Source: Escherichia phage vB_EcoP_SU7
Sequence record: NC_070980.1
Strand: one strand, 5' to 3'
DNA: 64,000 nt
Below, one piece after another: positions 1 through 10,633 of this stretch. The notes under the pieces were generated by a model that saw nothing but the letters and a program-made list of their open reading frames with translations, searched no databases and was not told the DNA's origin. The stretch's first letter is position 1; each line of letters starts with the position of its first letter. Position numbers and translations under genes: made by a program.

Positions 1-2024
1 AATATCTACAAAAGTCTGATGCTGAAGCAACATATCAAACGAAAGCAGAAGGGGCTACTAAGCAATATGTAACCGATGCTATTAACCCTATTATGACAAA
101 TGCTCTGTTTAAAGATGACCCTTTTGTCAATAATGATACACCTATCCGCTCTGGTGGTGGTAACGGTGTTGAATCGGTAGACATGATTAAAGTCACTCCT
201 GAGAATAATATCAAACTGGGGAGCTATGCTTCTTCTGTTCAGGGGGTTGAGATTCATTCTGCTGGTCGTCTTCAGGTTGTTGATCAGAACGATTCTGGAG
301 TCGAAACTAAATACCCGATATACTCCAAAAGGTATCGCCCGGAAGTTGAGGATTTACCTTTCGCTTCAATCGGTTCCTACGTCAAAGATTCCAAAGGACG
401 CACTATTGGTGTAACTCGTACTGGTATCAACTCTGATATCAAACAACTTACCCAGAAGGTAACTTTCACTCAACCCGTTACTGTTCCTGATGCAGTTGGT
501 GATTATGATGCGGTTACTTTGAGACAGCTTCGAAACAGCGGTGGTGGTTCTGGTGGTCCTACAATGAGTGGAATTTCTAACTTTGGGATTGGGGATTTTC
601 ATTTACGTGACAGCCGTGCTTTCATCCCAGCTTTTGAGGTAGTGTCTGATGGTCAGCTTTTGAATCGTGCTGATTATCCAGATTTGTGGGCTTATGCTCA
701 ACTGCTATCTCCAATCGAGGATTCTCTTTGGTTATCTAACATCTACCAGAGGGGTAAATACTCTACGGGTAACGGTACAACGACTTTCCGTGTTCCTGAC
801 CGAAATGGTATTCAAGAAGGGTCTCTGAAAGCTCTGTATGGTCGTGGTGATGGTGGAGATTCGGCTGCTAATGGTCAAATATTTGATTCTGCTGCTCCTA
901 ACATTTATGGAGATATTGGTGGTGTTGTTGCTTATGGCCAGACTGGAGCTATTCTACGAGGTCAAGAGGAACAACCTCTCGCCCCTCAACCTTCAACTGG
1001 AAATGGTGTCTTGAGAGTTAGTTTAGACGCCTCAAAAGCAAGTCCTGTATATGGTCGTTCCACCGATGAAATCCTAACCCGTAACTTTGTCGGTGTGTGG
1101 ACTATTCGTGCGCATGGTGGTTTTACTGCTGCTAATACTTCTTGGTCAGTTATTAACAGTGATGCAAACCGTCCTGCTGGTGGAACTAGGGTAACTAGCG
1201 GTTCAGTTGTTTCTGAATATAAAATAGGTTCAGAAGTAGAAGCCTCTACTACGCTCCAAACTGATGCTTATATCGACGGAGCTTATTATGGGATTATCAA
1301 TGTTTATAATAAAACCAAAGGAGTTACCAAGCAATTAGCTTTTGACGATTCTGGAACCCTGAACTCTGATAGATATGTTGCTCGGTCTAGAACATTGATG
1401 TCTTGGAGTGAAACAGGAAGTCGCAGAGGGACGTTTTCTATAGACAACCAAGGGGTTGGTGCTAACTACTCTTTTAACTCTATACTGAGTGCTTCCCAAG
1501 CATCCCAAGGTGGATACAAAACTACTACCCATGTAGGGATGATTCACAATGATGCTGGATCTTTTGCTGATTCCTGTTGGCATGTTTCGGGAGATGAAGA
1601 CAACAAATATGGTTGTCGTTTAACTCTCCGACCAAACAGGAACGAGATTTACTACTACACTTGGCAGCCAAGTTCAACCGGAACTTATACTCTTGCTATG
1701 AATCCTGTATCTGATGAAAAGTTGAAACATAACATCCAAGATATCTCTCCTGATGAAGCAATTCGTGCGATAAAAGGTTTGGATTTCAAATCGTTTGTGT
1801 ACAACAATGATAATCAAGGAAGAACTCGTCGTGGTATCATTGCACAGCAGGCAGAGAAAGTTGAACCTCTTTATGTTAAAACTCGTAAATTCCATGACAA
1901 CGATGGGGTAGAGCAGGAACAGAAAGAGTTGGATGCAACTCCAATGCTTTTAGATACCATGCAGGTTGTTCAAGATCTGCTGAAGCGTATTGAAGTTCTA
2001 GAAGCGAAGTTAGCAGAGAAGTGA
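1..2024 (+). CDS. tail fibre protein with collar-like domain and C-terminal intramolecular chaperone (peptidase S74-like) domain; 5' partial
   Basis: Frame stays open from nt 3 to the window edge (…DAINPIMTNALFK), so the true start lies upstream; FRVPDRNG collar-like motif; the last ~110 aa (…DFKSFVYNNDNQG…LEAKLAEK) look like an auto-cleaving chaperone; terminator follows. Confidence 0.75.
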   Translation, partial: YLQKSDAEATYQTKAEGATKQYVTDAINPIMTNALFKDDPFVNNDTPIRSGGGNGVESVDMIKVTPENNIKLGSYASSVQGVEIHSAGRLQVVDQNDSGVETKYPIYSKRYRPEVEDLPFASIGSYVKDSKGRTIGVTRTGINSDIKQLTQKVTFTQPVTVPDAVGDYDAVTLRQLRNSGGGSGGPTMSGISNFGIGDFHLRDSRAFIPAFEVVSDGQLLNRADYPDLWAYAQLLSPIEDSLWLSNIYQRGKYSTGNGTTTFRVPDRNGIQEGSLKALYGRGDGGDSAANGQIFDSAAPNIYGDIGGVVAYGQTGAILRGQEEQPLAPQPSTGNGVLRVSLDASKASPVYGRSTDEILTRNFVGVWTIRAHGGFTAANTSWSVINSDANRPAGGTRVTSGSVVSEYKIGSEVEASTTLQTDAYIDGAYYGIINVYNKTKGVTKQLAFDDSGTLNSDRYVARSRTLMSWSETGSRRGTFSIDNQGVGANYSFNSILSASQASQGGYKTTTHVGMIHNDAGSFADSCWHVSGDEDNKYGCRLTLRPNRNEIYYYTWQPSSTGTYTLAMNPVSDEKLKHNIQDISPDEAIRAIKGLDFKSFVYNNDNQGRTRRGIIAQQAEKVEPLYVKTRKFHDNDGVEQEQKELDATPMLLDTMQVVQDLLKRIEVLEAKLAEK

Positions 2025-2027
2025 GAT

Positions 2028-2049
2028 AAGCCCCTTCGGGGGCTTTTAG
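2028..2049 (+). terminator. rho-independent terminator
   Basis: AGCCCC-TTCG-GGGGCT hairpin followed by TTTT directly after the tail-fibre stop. Confidence 0.6.
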
Positions 2050-2113
2050 GAGTGAAACTTGTGAATAAGTAATGAAACTACTATATCCAAAAGGAAAATG
2101 AAAGGAGAAGAAA

Positions 2114-2332
2114 ATGAAAATGATGAAACAGGTAACTTATGGTCTAGCTTGCTTAGGGACAGGTTTTGTGATTTCCACAGCAGTACCTGTAAATGCAGTA
2201 GGCTCTCATTCTATTATAGAAGCTCCTGTAGAGAAGCTTAGTTCTCAATGTAAACAAAGGACCATTCAAAATAATTTGGTTGTTATTTGCCCAGACGCTC
2301 AATCTTCAGCTCTGAGAAAAATTCTTCCTTAA
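2114..2332 (+). CDS. small exported/membrane protein (possible lysis accessory protein)
   Basis: 72 aa with N-terminal hydrophobic segment; RBS AAAGGAG; sits immediately upstream of the lysozyme. Confidence 0.45.
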   Translation: MKMMKQVTYGLACLGTGFVISTAVPVNAVGSHSIIEAPVEKLSSQCKQRTIQNNLVVICPDAQSSALRKILP

Positions 2333-2365
2333 TTGACCTAAAATAACAACAAAAGGAGGTCAAAG

Positions 2366-2857
2366 ATGGACGCTATCGCATTGCCGCCTGTACAGATGAG
2401 CCTAAGTCCGGCTGGTATGGAGTTTATCATGAAGCATGAAGGCATGAGAACTAAAGCCTATAAAGACTCCGCTGGAATCTGGACTATATGTGTAGGGGCT
2501 ACGCGCGATATGAATGGGTATCCAGTAAGACAAGGATTAACGTATTCTATAGAGGATTGTCTAGCTCTGCTAGATAGAGACACACAAGACTCTGTTCGTG
2601 CTACTCAGAAAAACATAAGAGTTCCTATGCTAGCTCATGAATTTGATGCTGTCACTTCTTTCAACTTTAATGTTGGTGGTGGTGCTTTGTCAGCTTCAAA
2701 ACTTAGGAAAGTGATCAACGGAGATGTGAAGGGTGATGTTTACTCAGAGTTCTTACGTTGGGATAAGATAACTGTTAAAGGTGTAAAGCAGCGGAGTCCG
2801 GGACTTCACAATCGCAGGGTTGCAGAAGCAAATCTATACACTACAGGAAAATATTAA
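2366..2857 (+). CDS. GH24 lysozyme (T4/lambda R-type muramidase), probable endolysin
   Basis: HEG…AYKD…G.WTICVG catalytic region; RBS AAAGGAGG; 163 aa. Confidence 0.85.
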   Translation: MDAIALPPVQMSLSPAGMEFIMKHEGMRTKAYKDSAGIWTICVGATRDMNGYPVRQGLTYSIEDCLALLDRDTQDSVRATQKNIRVPMLAHEFDAVTSFNFNVGGGALSASKLRKVINGDVKGDVYSEFLRWDKITVKGVKQRSPGLHNRRVAEANLYTTGKY

Positions 2858-2869
2858 TGGAGGTGCCTT

Positions 2870-3673
2870 TTGGCTATCGAAACAACTGCGGTAGTTACTA
2901 CCGATTTAAACCCCCTATACCCACGGGACAGGGATTATCTTTATGAAGGGGCTGCCCAGATACGACTGGTCAAACAAGTATTAATTAACACCTTTCCTAA
3001 CATCACAGAGCCAGTTCAACTTGACTCAGATTCTTTCAACATCTTAGCAAACAAGGTTTCCTTTACTGGAGATTCTATGGATGTTGGAGGTTTGATGATC
3101 AAAAACTTAACTCCGGGAACTGGTGATAAAGATGCTGTAACCAAAGGTCAGATGGAAGCTTTCATGTTAAACTGGATGCAGAATAAACTCTATCGTATTG
3201 GGGCTTACTATATCACTGAAGAAGATATCAACCCCGGAGATTCTAGCTCTCTTGGTTTTGGTTCTTGGGCTAAAGTAACTGGTGTTGTTATGGGTACTGG
3301 TGTTGTTAACCCTGATGGCTCTGTTCCTAATGCTCAGCGTGTAGAGTTCCAAGCAGGTGGTACTGGTGGTCGTGTATTTAACACAATTCGTGCTGACAAC
3401 ATGCCTCTGACTACAATCAATGGTTCTAGTTTTCAAGTTAGTTCTTATTCTCACTCACATAATATCACAATGGGTCGTGGAGATGCTAGTGGTCACAACA
3501 GCAGTCCTAATTGGTATAGTCCGGGTGGTGGTTATACTCAGGTAACTGACACTAACACCCACTCTCACTCAATTACAGGTTCTGTTAGTTTTGGACGTGA
3601 TGATGTATCAAGACAACCTATTAACACTTTGCCGCCTTTCAGAGCAGCGCATATCTGGAGACGTATTAGCTAA
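2870..3673 (+). CDS. virion structural protein, tail-fibre-like
   Basis: TTG start 7 nt after GGAGG; Gly/Thr/Ser-rich with SHSHNIT and THSHSIT repeats. Confidence 0.5.
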   Translation: MAIETTAVVTTDLNPLYPRDRDYLYEGAAQIRLVKQVLINTFPNITEPVQLDSDSFNILANKVSFTGDSMDVGGLMIKNLTPGTGDKDAVTKGQMEAFMLNWMQNKLYRIGAYYITEEDINPGDSSSLGFGSWAKVTGVVMGTGVVNPDGSVPNAQRVEFQAGGTGGRVFNTIRADNMPLTTINGSSFQVSSYSHSHNITMGRGDASGHNSSPNWYSPGGGYTQVTDTNTHSHSITGSVSFGRDDVSRQPINTLPPFRAAHIWRRIS

Positions 3674-3682
3674 GGAGGAATT

Positions 3683-6600
3683 ATGGCGCTTTATCCAATA
3701 AAATCTTTAGGGGCTGTAGGGGTTATTGCTGACCAAGCTCCGACTGATTTAGCACCTAATGCTTTCACTAATGCTATCAATGCCCGCTTTGTAGAGCAAA
3801 GAGTTTTTAAGACGGGGGGCAATGCCCCTCTTTCTTATGTAGAAGAAGATAAAGAGATTACACCACTTTCTTTTATATCAATGCCTTTTGACTACTACAG
3901 TGCAGGTAATAGCTTTCTGATTGTTGGTACAGACAAAAAGCTATACAAGCTAACAGATGAAAGTTTGACAGATATTAGCCGAAAGGTTGCTACTGTCACA
4001 AAAAGAGCTTCCGCTTCTATTAAGATATATCCAGTTGTTTCTCAGATTGTTCCTAAAGAAACTTCTATTTCAATGAATTTCAATCAAACTAAAACCTTGG
4101 AAGTTTCTATTCTTCCTGAAGATGCTAACAACACAGCTTTAGTTTGGGAGGTTAGTAATTCTTCTTATGGTAAAGTAGAAGCTGACACCGAGAACCCTAA
4201 AACTGCAACCTTGACGTCTTATGAAAAAGAAGGGAATTTAGTAGTTACTGTATCAACAGCTGATAAATCTATTAGTGCTCAGATTGCAGTAAACATCATA
4301 GACGGTGATTCTGGTATCTTCTTAAGTCAGGATACAATAACTGTCCGCAAAGGTGGTAACACAACGCTAACTGCTGTTACTGGAAAAACTCCTGTAACTT
4401 GGGTCTCTAGTAATGCTTCTGTTGTGTCTGTAACACCTAATGCTAATACACTGACAGCTACTTTGTCTGCTAATGGTGAGGGTACTGTAACAATAACTGC
4501 TGATAACGGAACTAAGAGTGCTTCTTGTCAAATTACTGTTATATCTCAGATAGACAGTATCACTCTGAGTCAGACAAGCGTTCAAATGAGCAGGGGTACT
4601 CAGTATGTTTTAACTGCTACGGTTAATCCTTCAGATGCTCCCAATAAAAACATAACTTGGACTTCCTCTAATCCTGCCATTGCCACAGTTTCTGGAAATA
4701 GTACAGAAGCGGTAATAACAGGGTTACTAGCTGGGTTTACTGAAATCACAGCTGTTACTCAAGAGGGTGATAGATCAGCAACCTGTACAGTGAGAGTTGA
4801 TTTAGCTGGGAGAATGATGCGAACTTCTGCAATGTCTTTATCAGAACCTGTTGTAGATTCTATACAAGAAGAAGAAACCAATAATACTCCTATCGAATCA
4901 GAAGAGGTTTTATATTTTGTTAATGAGCCATCTGGAGTTGATACCTCAGGGATGTATGAAGGTAACAACTTCTATGATTACTCAAACGTCAATGATATGG
5001 AAGGTTTTGCACGAGCTGCACTTATGTCCAGCGATACTCCGTTGCAATCTTTATCACTAGATATCATCGATGCCTCTCTTGATGTTGGGGAAGATATTGT
5101 AATTACAGCCAATGCTTTGCCTGAGGGAGAGTATTTCTATCAGTGGACAGTGGACAAAGCAGGATATGTTTCAACCACATCTACTACCGGGAAATCTCTA
5201 AAACTGACAGCTATTCGTAAAGGTGAGATCAAAGTTACTTGTACTGCTAGTCAAATGACTCAGAAAGATTATGATGCTTTTGACGACTATCCTTGGTATC
5301 ACACCATAATCTCTAACTGTGCAGTGGCTACCACTCACTATGAAACACCACAGGTCAAAGAATTTGAATCTGAGTATTTCGTAGATCTTCCGGGATGGGG
5401 TGAGCAAACAGTCGTTGATAATGATGGCAACCCTTCTGTTAAGAAATTTAACTGGAAGTGTGAGCGTATTCGTGCATTCAACAACAGACTTTTTGCTCTG
5501 AATATGAGGGAATCTAATGCATCTGGTGTAACTACTCACTACCCTCTAAGACTTCGGTGGTCGAATTTCGCTAACGAAAACAAAGCTCCATCTCTTTGGG
5601 ATGATTATGCTTATGATCGTTTAACAACTTCAGACCTATCAGCAAACATTGTTGGTCAAACTGAGGCTTTGGAAAATGGGTACGCTGGGTATATAGATTT
5701 AGCAGATTCTAACGGAAGCTTGATTGATGTACTTCCTCTGAAAGATTACCTTTTTGTTTACACGGAGTTCGAAACCTACATTGGTTCTCCAACCAATAAC
5801 ACATATCAGCCTCTTATGTTTAAGAAGCTGTTTAATGACTCTGGCATACTTGCTCCTGAGTGTGCAGTTGAAGTCGAAGGTGGACACTTCGTAGTAACTC
5901 AAAATGATGTGATCTTACACAATGGTGCATCTAAAAAATCTATAGCATCTAACCGAGTCAAGAATCTTCTCATTAATGAGATCTGTCTAGTAAACCCTCT
6001 AGCTACTAGAGTTCACCTACACCAAGACAAGAAAGAGGTTTGGGTTTTATATGTAGGTCCGGGAGAGCCTAAAGAGAGTTTTGCTTGTAATAAAGCCGCT
6101 GTTTGGAATTATGAGTTTGACACTTGGTCTTTCCGTACAATACCATATGCTCAGTGTATTGGGTTAGTCGATCCACCAGTTCTTGAGAGAGGTCCAATCT
6201 GGGCAGATTTTCAAGAGATCACTTGGGATGATCCCTCTATTAACCAATTAGTCTGGAGAAAGGATGCTAATAATTTCCGTCAAAGGATTACAATAGTTGG
6301 CTCTTTCCTGAAGGGATTCTATCAAGTGGATGTTGGTGCTCTGGACTACATCTATGACAGAACCAATGATAGGATTATAGAAAAACCTTTAGAAATGAGG
6401 CTAGAAAGAACTGGTATTGATTTTGATAGTGTCACTAACGAGTGGAATCAAAAACATATTAATAGATTTAGACCTCAAGTCACTGGTACGGGTACTTATA
6501 CTTTTGAAGTCGGTGGAAGTCAATTCTCAAACGAGTATGGACACAATCACTCAACTAAAGAGTTTAGGGTAGGCTCAGATCGTCATGTATCCGTGAGACT

Positions 6601-6703
6601 GAACCATCCATACCTATTCTATAATGTTATAGATAATGATGTTAACAGTAATGCTTCTATGAATGGTTTAACCATAGAGTTTAGTGTTGGCGGTCGAAGA
6701 TAA
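3683..6703 (+). CDS. large virion structural protein with bacterial Ig-like (Big_2) domains
   Basis: 1,006 aa; repeated Big_2-type segments (e.g. ITVRKGGNTTLTAVTG…VTITADNGTKSASCQITV); strong RBS; terminator follows. Confidence 0.7.
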   Translation: MALYPIKSLGAVGVIADQAPTDLAPNAFTNAINARFVEQRVFKTGGNAPLSYVEEDKEITPLSFISMPFDYYSAGNSFLIVGTDKKLYKLTDESLTDISRKVATVTKRASASIKIYPVVSQIVPKETSISMNFNQTKTLEVSILPEDANNTALVWEVSNSSYGKVEADTENPKTATLTSYEKEGNLVVTVSTADKSISAQIAVNIIDGDSGIFLSQDTITVRKGGNTTLTAVTGKTPVTWVSSNASVVSVTPNANTLTATLSANGEGTVTITADNGTKSASCQITVISQIDSITLSQTSVQMSRGTQYVLTATVNPSDAPNKNITWTSSNPAIATVSGNSTEAVITGLLAGFTEITAVTQEGDRSATCTVRVDLAGRMMRTSAMSLSEPVVDSIQEEETNNTPIESEEVLYFVNEPSGVDTSGMYEGNNFYDYSNVNDMEGFARAALMSSDTPLQSLSLDIIDASLDVGEDIVITANALPEGEYFYQWTVDKAGYVSTTSTTGKSLKLTAIRKGEIKVTCTASQMTQKDYDAFDDYPWYHTIISNCAVATTHYETPQVKEFESEYFVDLPGWGEQTVVDNDGNPSVKKFNWKCERIRAFNNRLFALNMRESNASGVTTHYPLRLRWSNFANENKAPSLWDDYAYDRLTTSDLSANIVGQTEALENGYAGYIDLADSNGSLIDVLPLKDYLFVYTEFETYIGSPTNNTYQPLMFKKLFNDSGILAPECAVEVEGGHFVVTQNDVILHNGASKKSIASNRVKNLLINEICLVNPLATRVHLHQDKKEVWVLYVGPGEPKESFACNKAAVWNYEFDTWSFRTIPYAQCIGLVDPPVLERGPIWADFQEITWDDPSINQLVWRKDANNFRQRITIVGSFLKGFYQVDVGALDYIYDRTNDRIIEKPLEMRLERTGIDFDSVTNEWNQKHINRFRPQVTGTGTYTFEVGGSQFSNEYGHNHSTKEFRVGSDRHVSVRLNHPYLFYNVIDNDVNSNASMNGLTIEFSVGGRR

Positions 6704-6707
6704 CAAA

Positions 6708-6731
6708 TAGGGGCTTCGGCCCCTTTTATTG
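6708..6731 (+). terminator. rho-independent terminator
   Basis: GGGGC-TTCG-GCCCC hairpin followed by a T-run. Confidence 0.6.
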
Positions 6732-6750
6732 TTTTTAATTGGAGGTACTT

Positions 6751-7719
6751 ATGGGTGCTGGAGGTTTTCGAAAGAATACTGGTAGAAACAACACCACACT
6801 TCCGTACAATGTTGGTTTTCTAAACAATGTGCAGGATACAGAAACTTACAACGTTGCCGTCTATGATGAACTACAAAAAGTTAGTACAGCAACTAATCAG
6901 ATGTTTCAAGCCATTGATGAAATACATGAAGAAATTGATGTTAGGATTAAAGCTCTTAATGCAATGAATCTTCAATTTGATGAACTTGAAAACAGAATTA
7001 CTACAGAGATCGAAACAGCTATTGCTGATATTCAAACACAGATGGGCAATCTGTCCACTGAAGATATTTGGGATAATTCAGTACAACCGCCAGTTAAGCT
7101 AGAAAGTTCTATGGCAGGGTTTAAAACTTCTATAGAAGGTAATGAGGTTAAGATACAGTCTGTTGAGGGAATCGTAAACCAGCAGGGAGAGGAAATTGGC
7201 TTAGTTCAAACAGAGATCTCCAACATTAACAGCAGTCTATCTTCTTATATGAAGCTATCTGACTACGAAGCTACGTGGGGAATTAACTCAAACGTCAACG
7301 GCAGGTATGCTGGTGTCAAACTAACTAACAACGGCACGAATAGTCAGTTCCAAGTTACAGCTGATAAGTTTGTTGTAGGTGATGGTAACTCGGGTAATAC
7401 ACCTTTTGTGTTTGAAGGAGGTCGAGCTAAGATAGAGTTTGCTGATATTAAGAACGTCAATATCACAACTGCTCAAATTGCTAATGCTCGTATTCAGTTT
7501 GCTCAAATAGATAACGTGTGGATTACTGATGGTCAGATTGCCAATCTTACAGCTAACAAGATCACTGCTGGCTCTATGAGTGGTTCAAACTGGAGACTTA
7601 CTGTTGGTGGGGATTTTGTGATGGGTGGCACAGGTGGAGCACAGCTCTGGATGAATGGTAATAGAATTGATTTCTATGATGGGAGCGGTGCACTGAGAAT
7701 CAGAATAGGGAGTTGGTAA
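6751..7719 (+). CDS. tail fibre / tail spike-like protein
   Basis: ATG at 6751 preceded by GGAGG (the track start at 6739 is TTG); N-terminal coiled coil, C-terminal repetitive region (…QIANLTANKITAGS…). Confidence 0.6.
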   Translation: MGAGGFRKNTGRNNTTLPYNVGFLNNVQDTETYNVAVYDELQKVSTATNQMFQAIDEIHEEIDVRIKALNAMNLQFDELENRITTEIETAIADIQTQMGNLSTEDIWDNSVQPPVKLESSMAGFKTSIEGNEVKIQSVEGIVNQQGEEIGLVQTEISNINSSLSSYMKLSDYEATWGINSNVNGRYAGVKLTNNGTNSQFQVTADKFVVGDGNSGNTPFVFEGGRAKIEFADIKNVNITTAQIANARIQFAQIDNVWITDGQIANLTANKITAGSMSGSNWRLTVGGDFVMGGTGGAQLWMNGNRIDFYDGSGALRIRIGSW

Positions 7720-7720
7720 T

Positions 7721-8752
7721 ATGGCTTATGGAATATGGTGTCAACCTGTAGGACCGGGACCAGCTTCCCCAGCTCCTCTCTTTATTGATAGCGGAAGCAC
7801 TTTTCCTCAAATAAAAAATTCAATAAGTGGGAGTTTCAACTTTAACGGGGCTGGAAGATCTTTTCCTATTAGTGGGTGGGATGGGAGTGGTCAAATAGTG
7901 ATTGTACCAACAGGCTCTCTTTGTTGGCAATGGGAGGTTCCTCCTAATTTAGTTCCTGATGTATATTGTGTCAACAATATCTATGTAGAGAATAACACAT
8001 CATTCAGGGTTACATTAAACCAAAACCCGGGAAGCAACCCCTTGTTTGACTGTGGTTTCAATGTATATCAAATCTACCCAAGAGCTGATAGGAACTATGG
8101 AATAACCTTCTCTAATACAGCTGATTACTTCTCTATCTCAGATGCTGGGATTGTGGGTCAATGTATCTGGGCTTGGCAAGGAACTATAAACAACGCTCTA
8201 CAGATACCTGATATTGGTGGTTTCTATATGCCTAATGCTGTAGTTTTTGCTAACTGGTCTGATGGTGGTGTTGGTTTATCTTATACGTCAGGAGATAGGG
8301 TGATTCGAGTTTATCAAAACAGGTCTTATAACAATGGCAACACTAATGAAGGTGGTTCTGTGTTTGCTAGGGTTGCTGTATTTTGTAATGGTGCTGGGGT
8401 TCCTGAACACAACGGCGGTTTAAATATATACTCTCCCGGAACTACTCAGTGCGTATTCTCTACTTATAGGTCTCCTTTTACAGTAGACACTTTCGTAGGC
8501 TCAGCAGGTGGAAATACTGGCTTAGCTTATCCTATGATTCCTCTGTCTTCTGGAGTTGGAGCTATCAGAGGAAGTGGGAGTGGTTGGTATTATCAACAAA
8601 TGCGTTCTCATACCATGTCAGGGTCTTCAATAGGAACTGGATATGGTAGATATATGTTCCAATGGTCTAACAGTTATGACTTAGGTTCTAATGCTGCTGT
8701 TAATATCTCCATCCCTGTAATCAACGCTGCTAAGATTTTTGCAGGTTTATGA
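7721..8752 (+). CDS. virion structural protein (function unknown)
   Basis: 343-aa ORF tightly coupled to neighbours; Gly/Ser/Asn-rich. Confidence 0.55.
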   Translation: MAYGIWCQPVGPGPASPAPLFIDSGSTFPQIKNSISGSFNFNGAGRSFPISGWDGSGQIVIVPTGSLCWQWEVPPNLVPDVYCVNNIYVENNTSFRVTLNQNPGSNPLFDCGFNVYQIYPRADRNYGITFSNTADYFSISDAGIVGQCIWAWQGTINNALQIPDIGGFYMPNAVVFANWSDGGVGLSYTSGDRVIRVYQNRSYNNGNTNEGGSVFARVAVFCNGAGVPEHNGGLNIYSPGTTQCVFSTYRSPFTVDTFVGSAGGNTGLAYPMIPLSSGVGAIRGSGSGWYYQQMRSHTMSGSSIGTGYGRYMFQWSNSYDLGSNAAVNISIPVINAAKIFAGL

Positions 8753-8764
8753 TAAGGAGTTTTT

Positions 8765-9562
8765 ATGACAAAAATAATGGGAGTGTCAGAGCTTGACCCT
8801 TTGGTCCAACAAGCTTCTAAGAAATATGGCATTCCTGCTGCTCTTATACATGCAGTGATTCAGAGAGAGTCTAATGGAAGACCTTCTGTTGAATCTGGTA
8901 CAGGACCAGTAGGTTTAATGCAAATCAGTAAGGGGTTGGCTAAAGATTATGGATATAAACTTGAAGATAGGTTAGACCCTGCAAAGAATATTGACATGGG
9001 TGCTAGATATTTAAGAGATAACCTGAAAGCTTTTGATGGTGATGTGAGGAAGGCTTTGGTGGGGTATTCAGAAGGAACTGGTGGTGCTAAGCAAATGTTT
9101 GCTGGTAAGAGAGGGTTTACACCTCAAGCTTTAGATTCAATGAATAATAAGCTGTTCCTACCATTCTTTGATAAGAACACAGCAGCGGCACAAGTGGCTA
9201 ATCCTGTAGGTGCTTTGAAAGCAGTTCAGCCTGTGGACCAGTTTGATTCTAATACGCTGACTAGAGAAGGTGCTGCAAACGCTCCTACTCAAGCAGAGAT
9301 AGCTGCAAGCAAGGCTGGAGCTTTAGGTGGTCGTCCTGTAGAGTTTTACTCTGATGAACAACCTACTGGGGAAAATCAAAAACCTCAACAGAACTTTGGA
9401 AATGCTGTATTGGCAGCTGCTTCTATGCTTGCAGGAAAACAGCCTAACTCTCAAACCGTACAGAGAGCACATGCCCCTACTCAAGCAGGTTCTCGATACA
9501 GTCCACAAACACAAGCCGTGCTGAGACGTTTGTCTAGCATAGGTACTGATATTTACAGATAA
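8765..9562 (+). CDS. virion-associated lytic transglycosylase (SLT domain)
   Basis: IQRESNGRP…GLMQIS…VGYSEGTGG, the SLT catalytic Glu-Ser and GLMQ motifs. Confidence 0.75.
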   Translation: MTKIMGVSELDPLVQQASKKYGIPAALIHAVIQRESNGRPSVESGTGPVGLMQISKGLAKDYGYKLEDRLDPAKNIDMGARYLRDNLKAFDGDVRKALVGYSEGTGGAKQMFAGKRGFTPQALDSMNNKLFLPFFDKNTAAAQVANPVGALKAVQPVDQFDSNTLTREGAANAPTQAEIAASKAGALGGRPVEFYSDEQPTGENQKPQQNFGNAVLAAASMLAGKQPNSQTVQRAHAPTQAGSRYSPQTQAVLRRLSSIGTDIYR

Positions 9563-9571
9563 GGAGGACGT

Positions 9572-10624
9572 ATGTCTCTTTTCGGTTCTGCTCCTAAATC
9601 TAAGACTACGGTAGCTCCGTCTTCTCAGGTTGATGCTCTTCTGAAACAGATTGTAGCAAATGCTCAGGCTATGAATCAAAACGATCAAGGTTTTATTGGT
9701 CGTAACGTAGCGGGTTTTAATGAAAACCAAACAGCAGCTCTTTCTAATTTAGCAAATTCTAACACACTCAACCAACTCAGTCAGATGTACACCCCTAGAA
9801 CTCAACAAGGGTTGGACCAGATGAATGAGTTGGCTCAGAAATATCAAAACCTAGTTAATAAAGGTGGTATCACTGCTCAGGTTGTTAATAATTTTAGCTC
9901 TGGATTGAATAGCTCTGCTTTAGCTAAGTCTACAGGTAAAGCTGCTGCTAATGTATCTCTTGGTAATGGTTCTGATTCAGGTTCTCTTAGACGTGCTGCT
10001 GCTCAAGGTGCTGCTCTCTCTTCAGCGAATACAAACCTTTCTCGTTCTATTCAAGGTAAAAACATGGGTGTTAGCAATCTTATGAATAACAACTCCTATC
10101 AGCAAGGTTTGCTCAATGCTCAATCGGGTCTAGCAAATCAGAATTTGAATCTAGGAGCTGCTGGGGTACAAGCTGGTCAACAGGCAATACAGAATCAGCT
10201 CACTGCTGGGAATCTTCAACAACAGCAAGATCAACTCCAAGCTAACAACAATTGGGAGAATGCTATTGGCAATCAGCAGTATGGTTGGAATCGGCTTAAC
10301 AACCAGCTTAATGTATTAAACTCAGTAAGCCCAATGGCTGGGTACACCATTACTAACAAAGGTGCTGCCCCTAATGTTTCACAACAAATCCTTGGTGCTG
10401 GGGTTACTGGTCTTGGTATTGCTGGACGTCTAGGTGCTTTTACCCCTAATCAGCAAACTACTAATGCTTGGAACTCATACAATGCTTCTGGAGGTCAAGC
10501 TGGGATGGCTGGTCCTATGATTGGTGGCTCAAACCTGTCTCAACAGAATGGTCAGAGCAACTGGTTATCTACCGCAGGAAGTAATATCTTAGGTGGTGTT
10601 CTAGGAGCCTTTGGAGCAAATTAA
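9572..10624 (+). CDS. Gln/Asn/Gly-rich low-complexity virion protein (paralog A)
   Basis: Starts MSLFGS…KTT; GFNENQTAALSNL; paralogous to the next ORF. Confidence 0.6.
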   Translation: MSLFGSAPKSKTTVAPSSQVDALLKQIVANAQAMNQNDQGFIGRNVAGFNENQTAALSNLANSNTLNQLSQMYTPRTQQGLDQMNELAQKYQNLVNKGGITAQVVNNFSSGLNSSALAKSTGKAAANVSLGNGSDSGSLRRAAAQGAALSSANTNLSRSIQGKNMGVSNLMNNNSYQQGLLNAQSGLANQNLNLGAAGVQAGQQAIQNQLTAGNLQQQQDQLQANNNWENAIGNQQYGWNRLNNQLNVLNSVSPMAGYTITNKGAAPNVSQQILGAGVTGLGIAGRLGAFTPNQQTTNAWNSYNASGGQAGMAGPMIGGSNLSQQNGQSNWLSTAGSNILGGVLGAFGAN

Positions 10625-10633
10625 GGAGGAGCT

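Noticed and set aside
6-257. Minus-strand 83-aa ORF at the window start
   Set aside because: Lies wholly inside the well-supported tail-fibre frame on the opposite strand.
9323-9730. Minus-strand ORFs inside the plus-strand structural genes (also 12400-12780, 14767-15000, 16232-16639 and others)
   Set aside because: Antisense to long motif-bearing genes, no RBS context; shadow ORFs.
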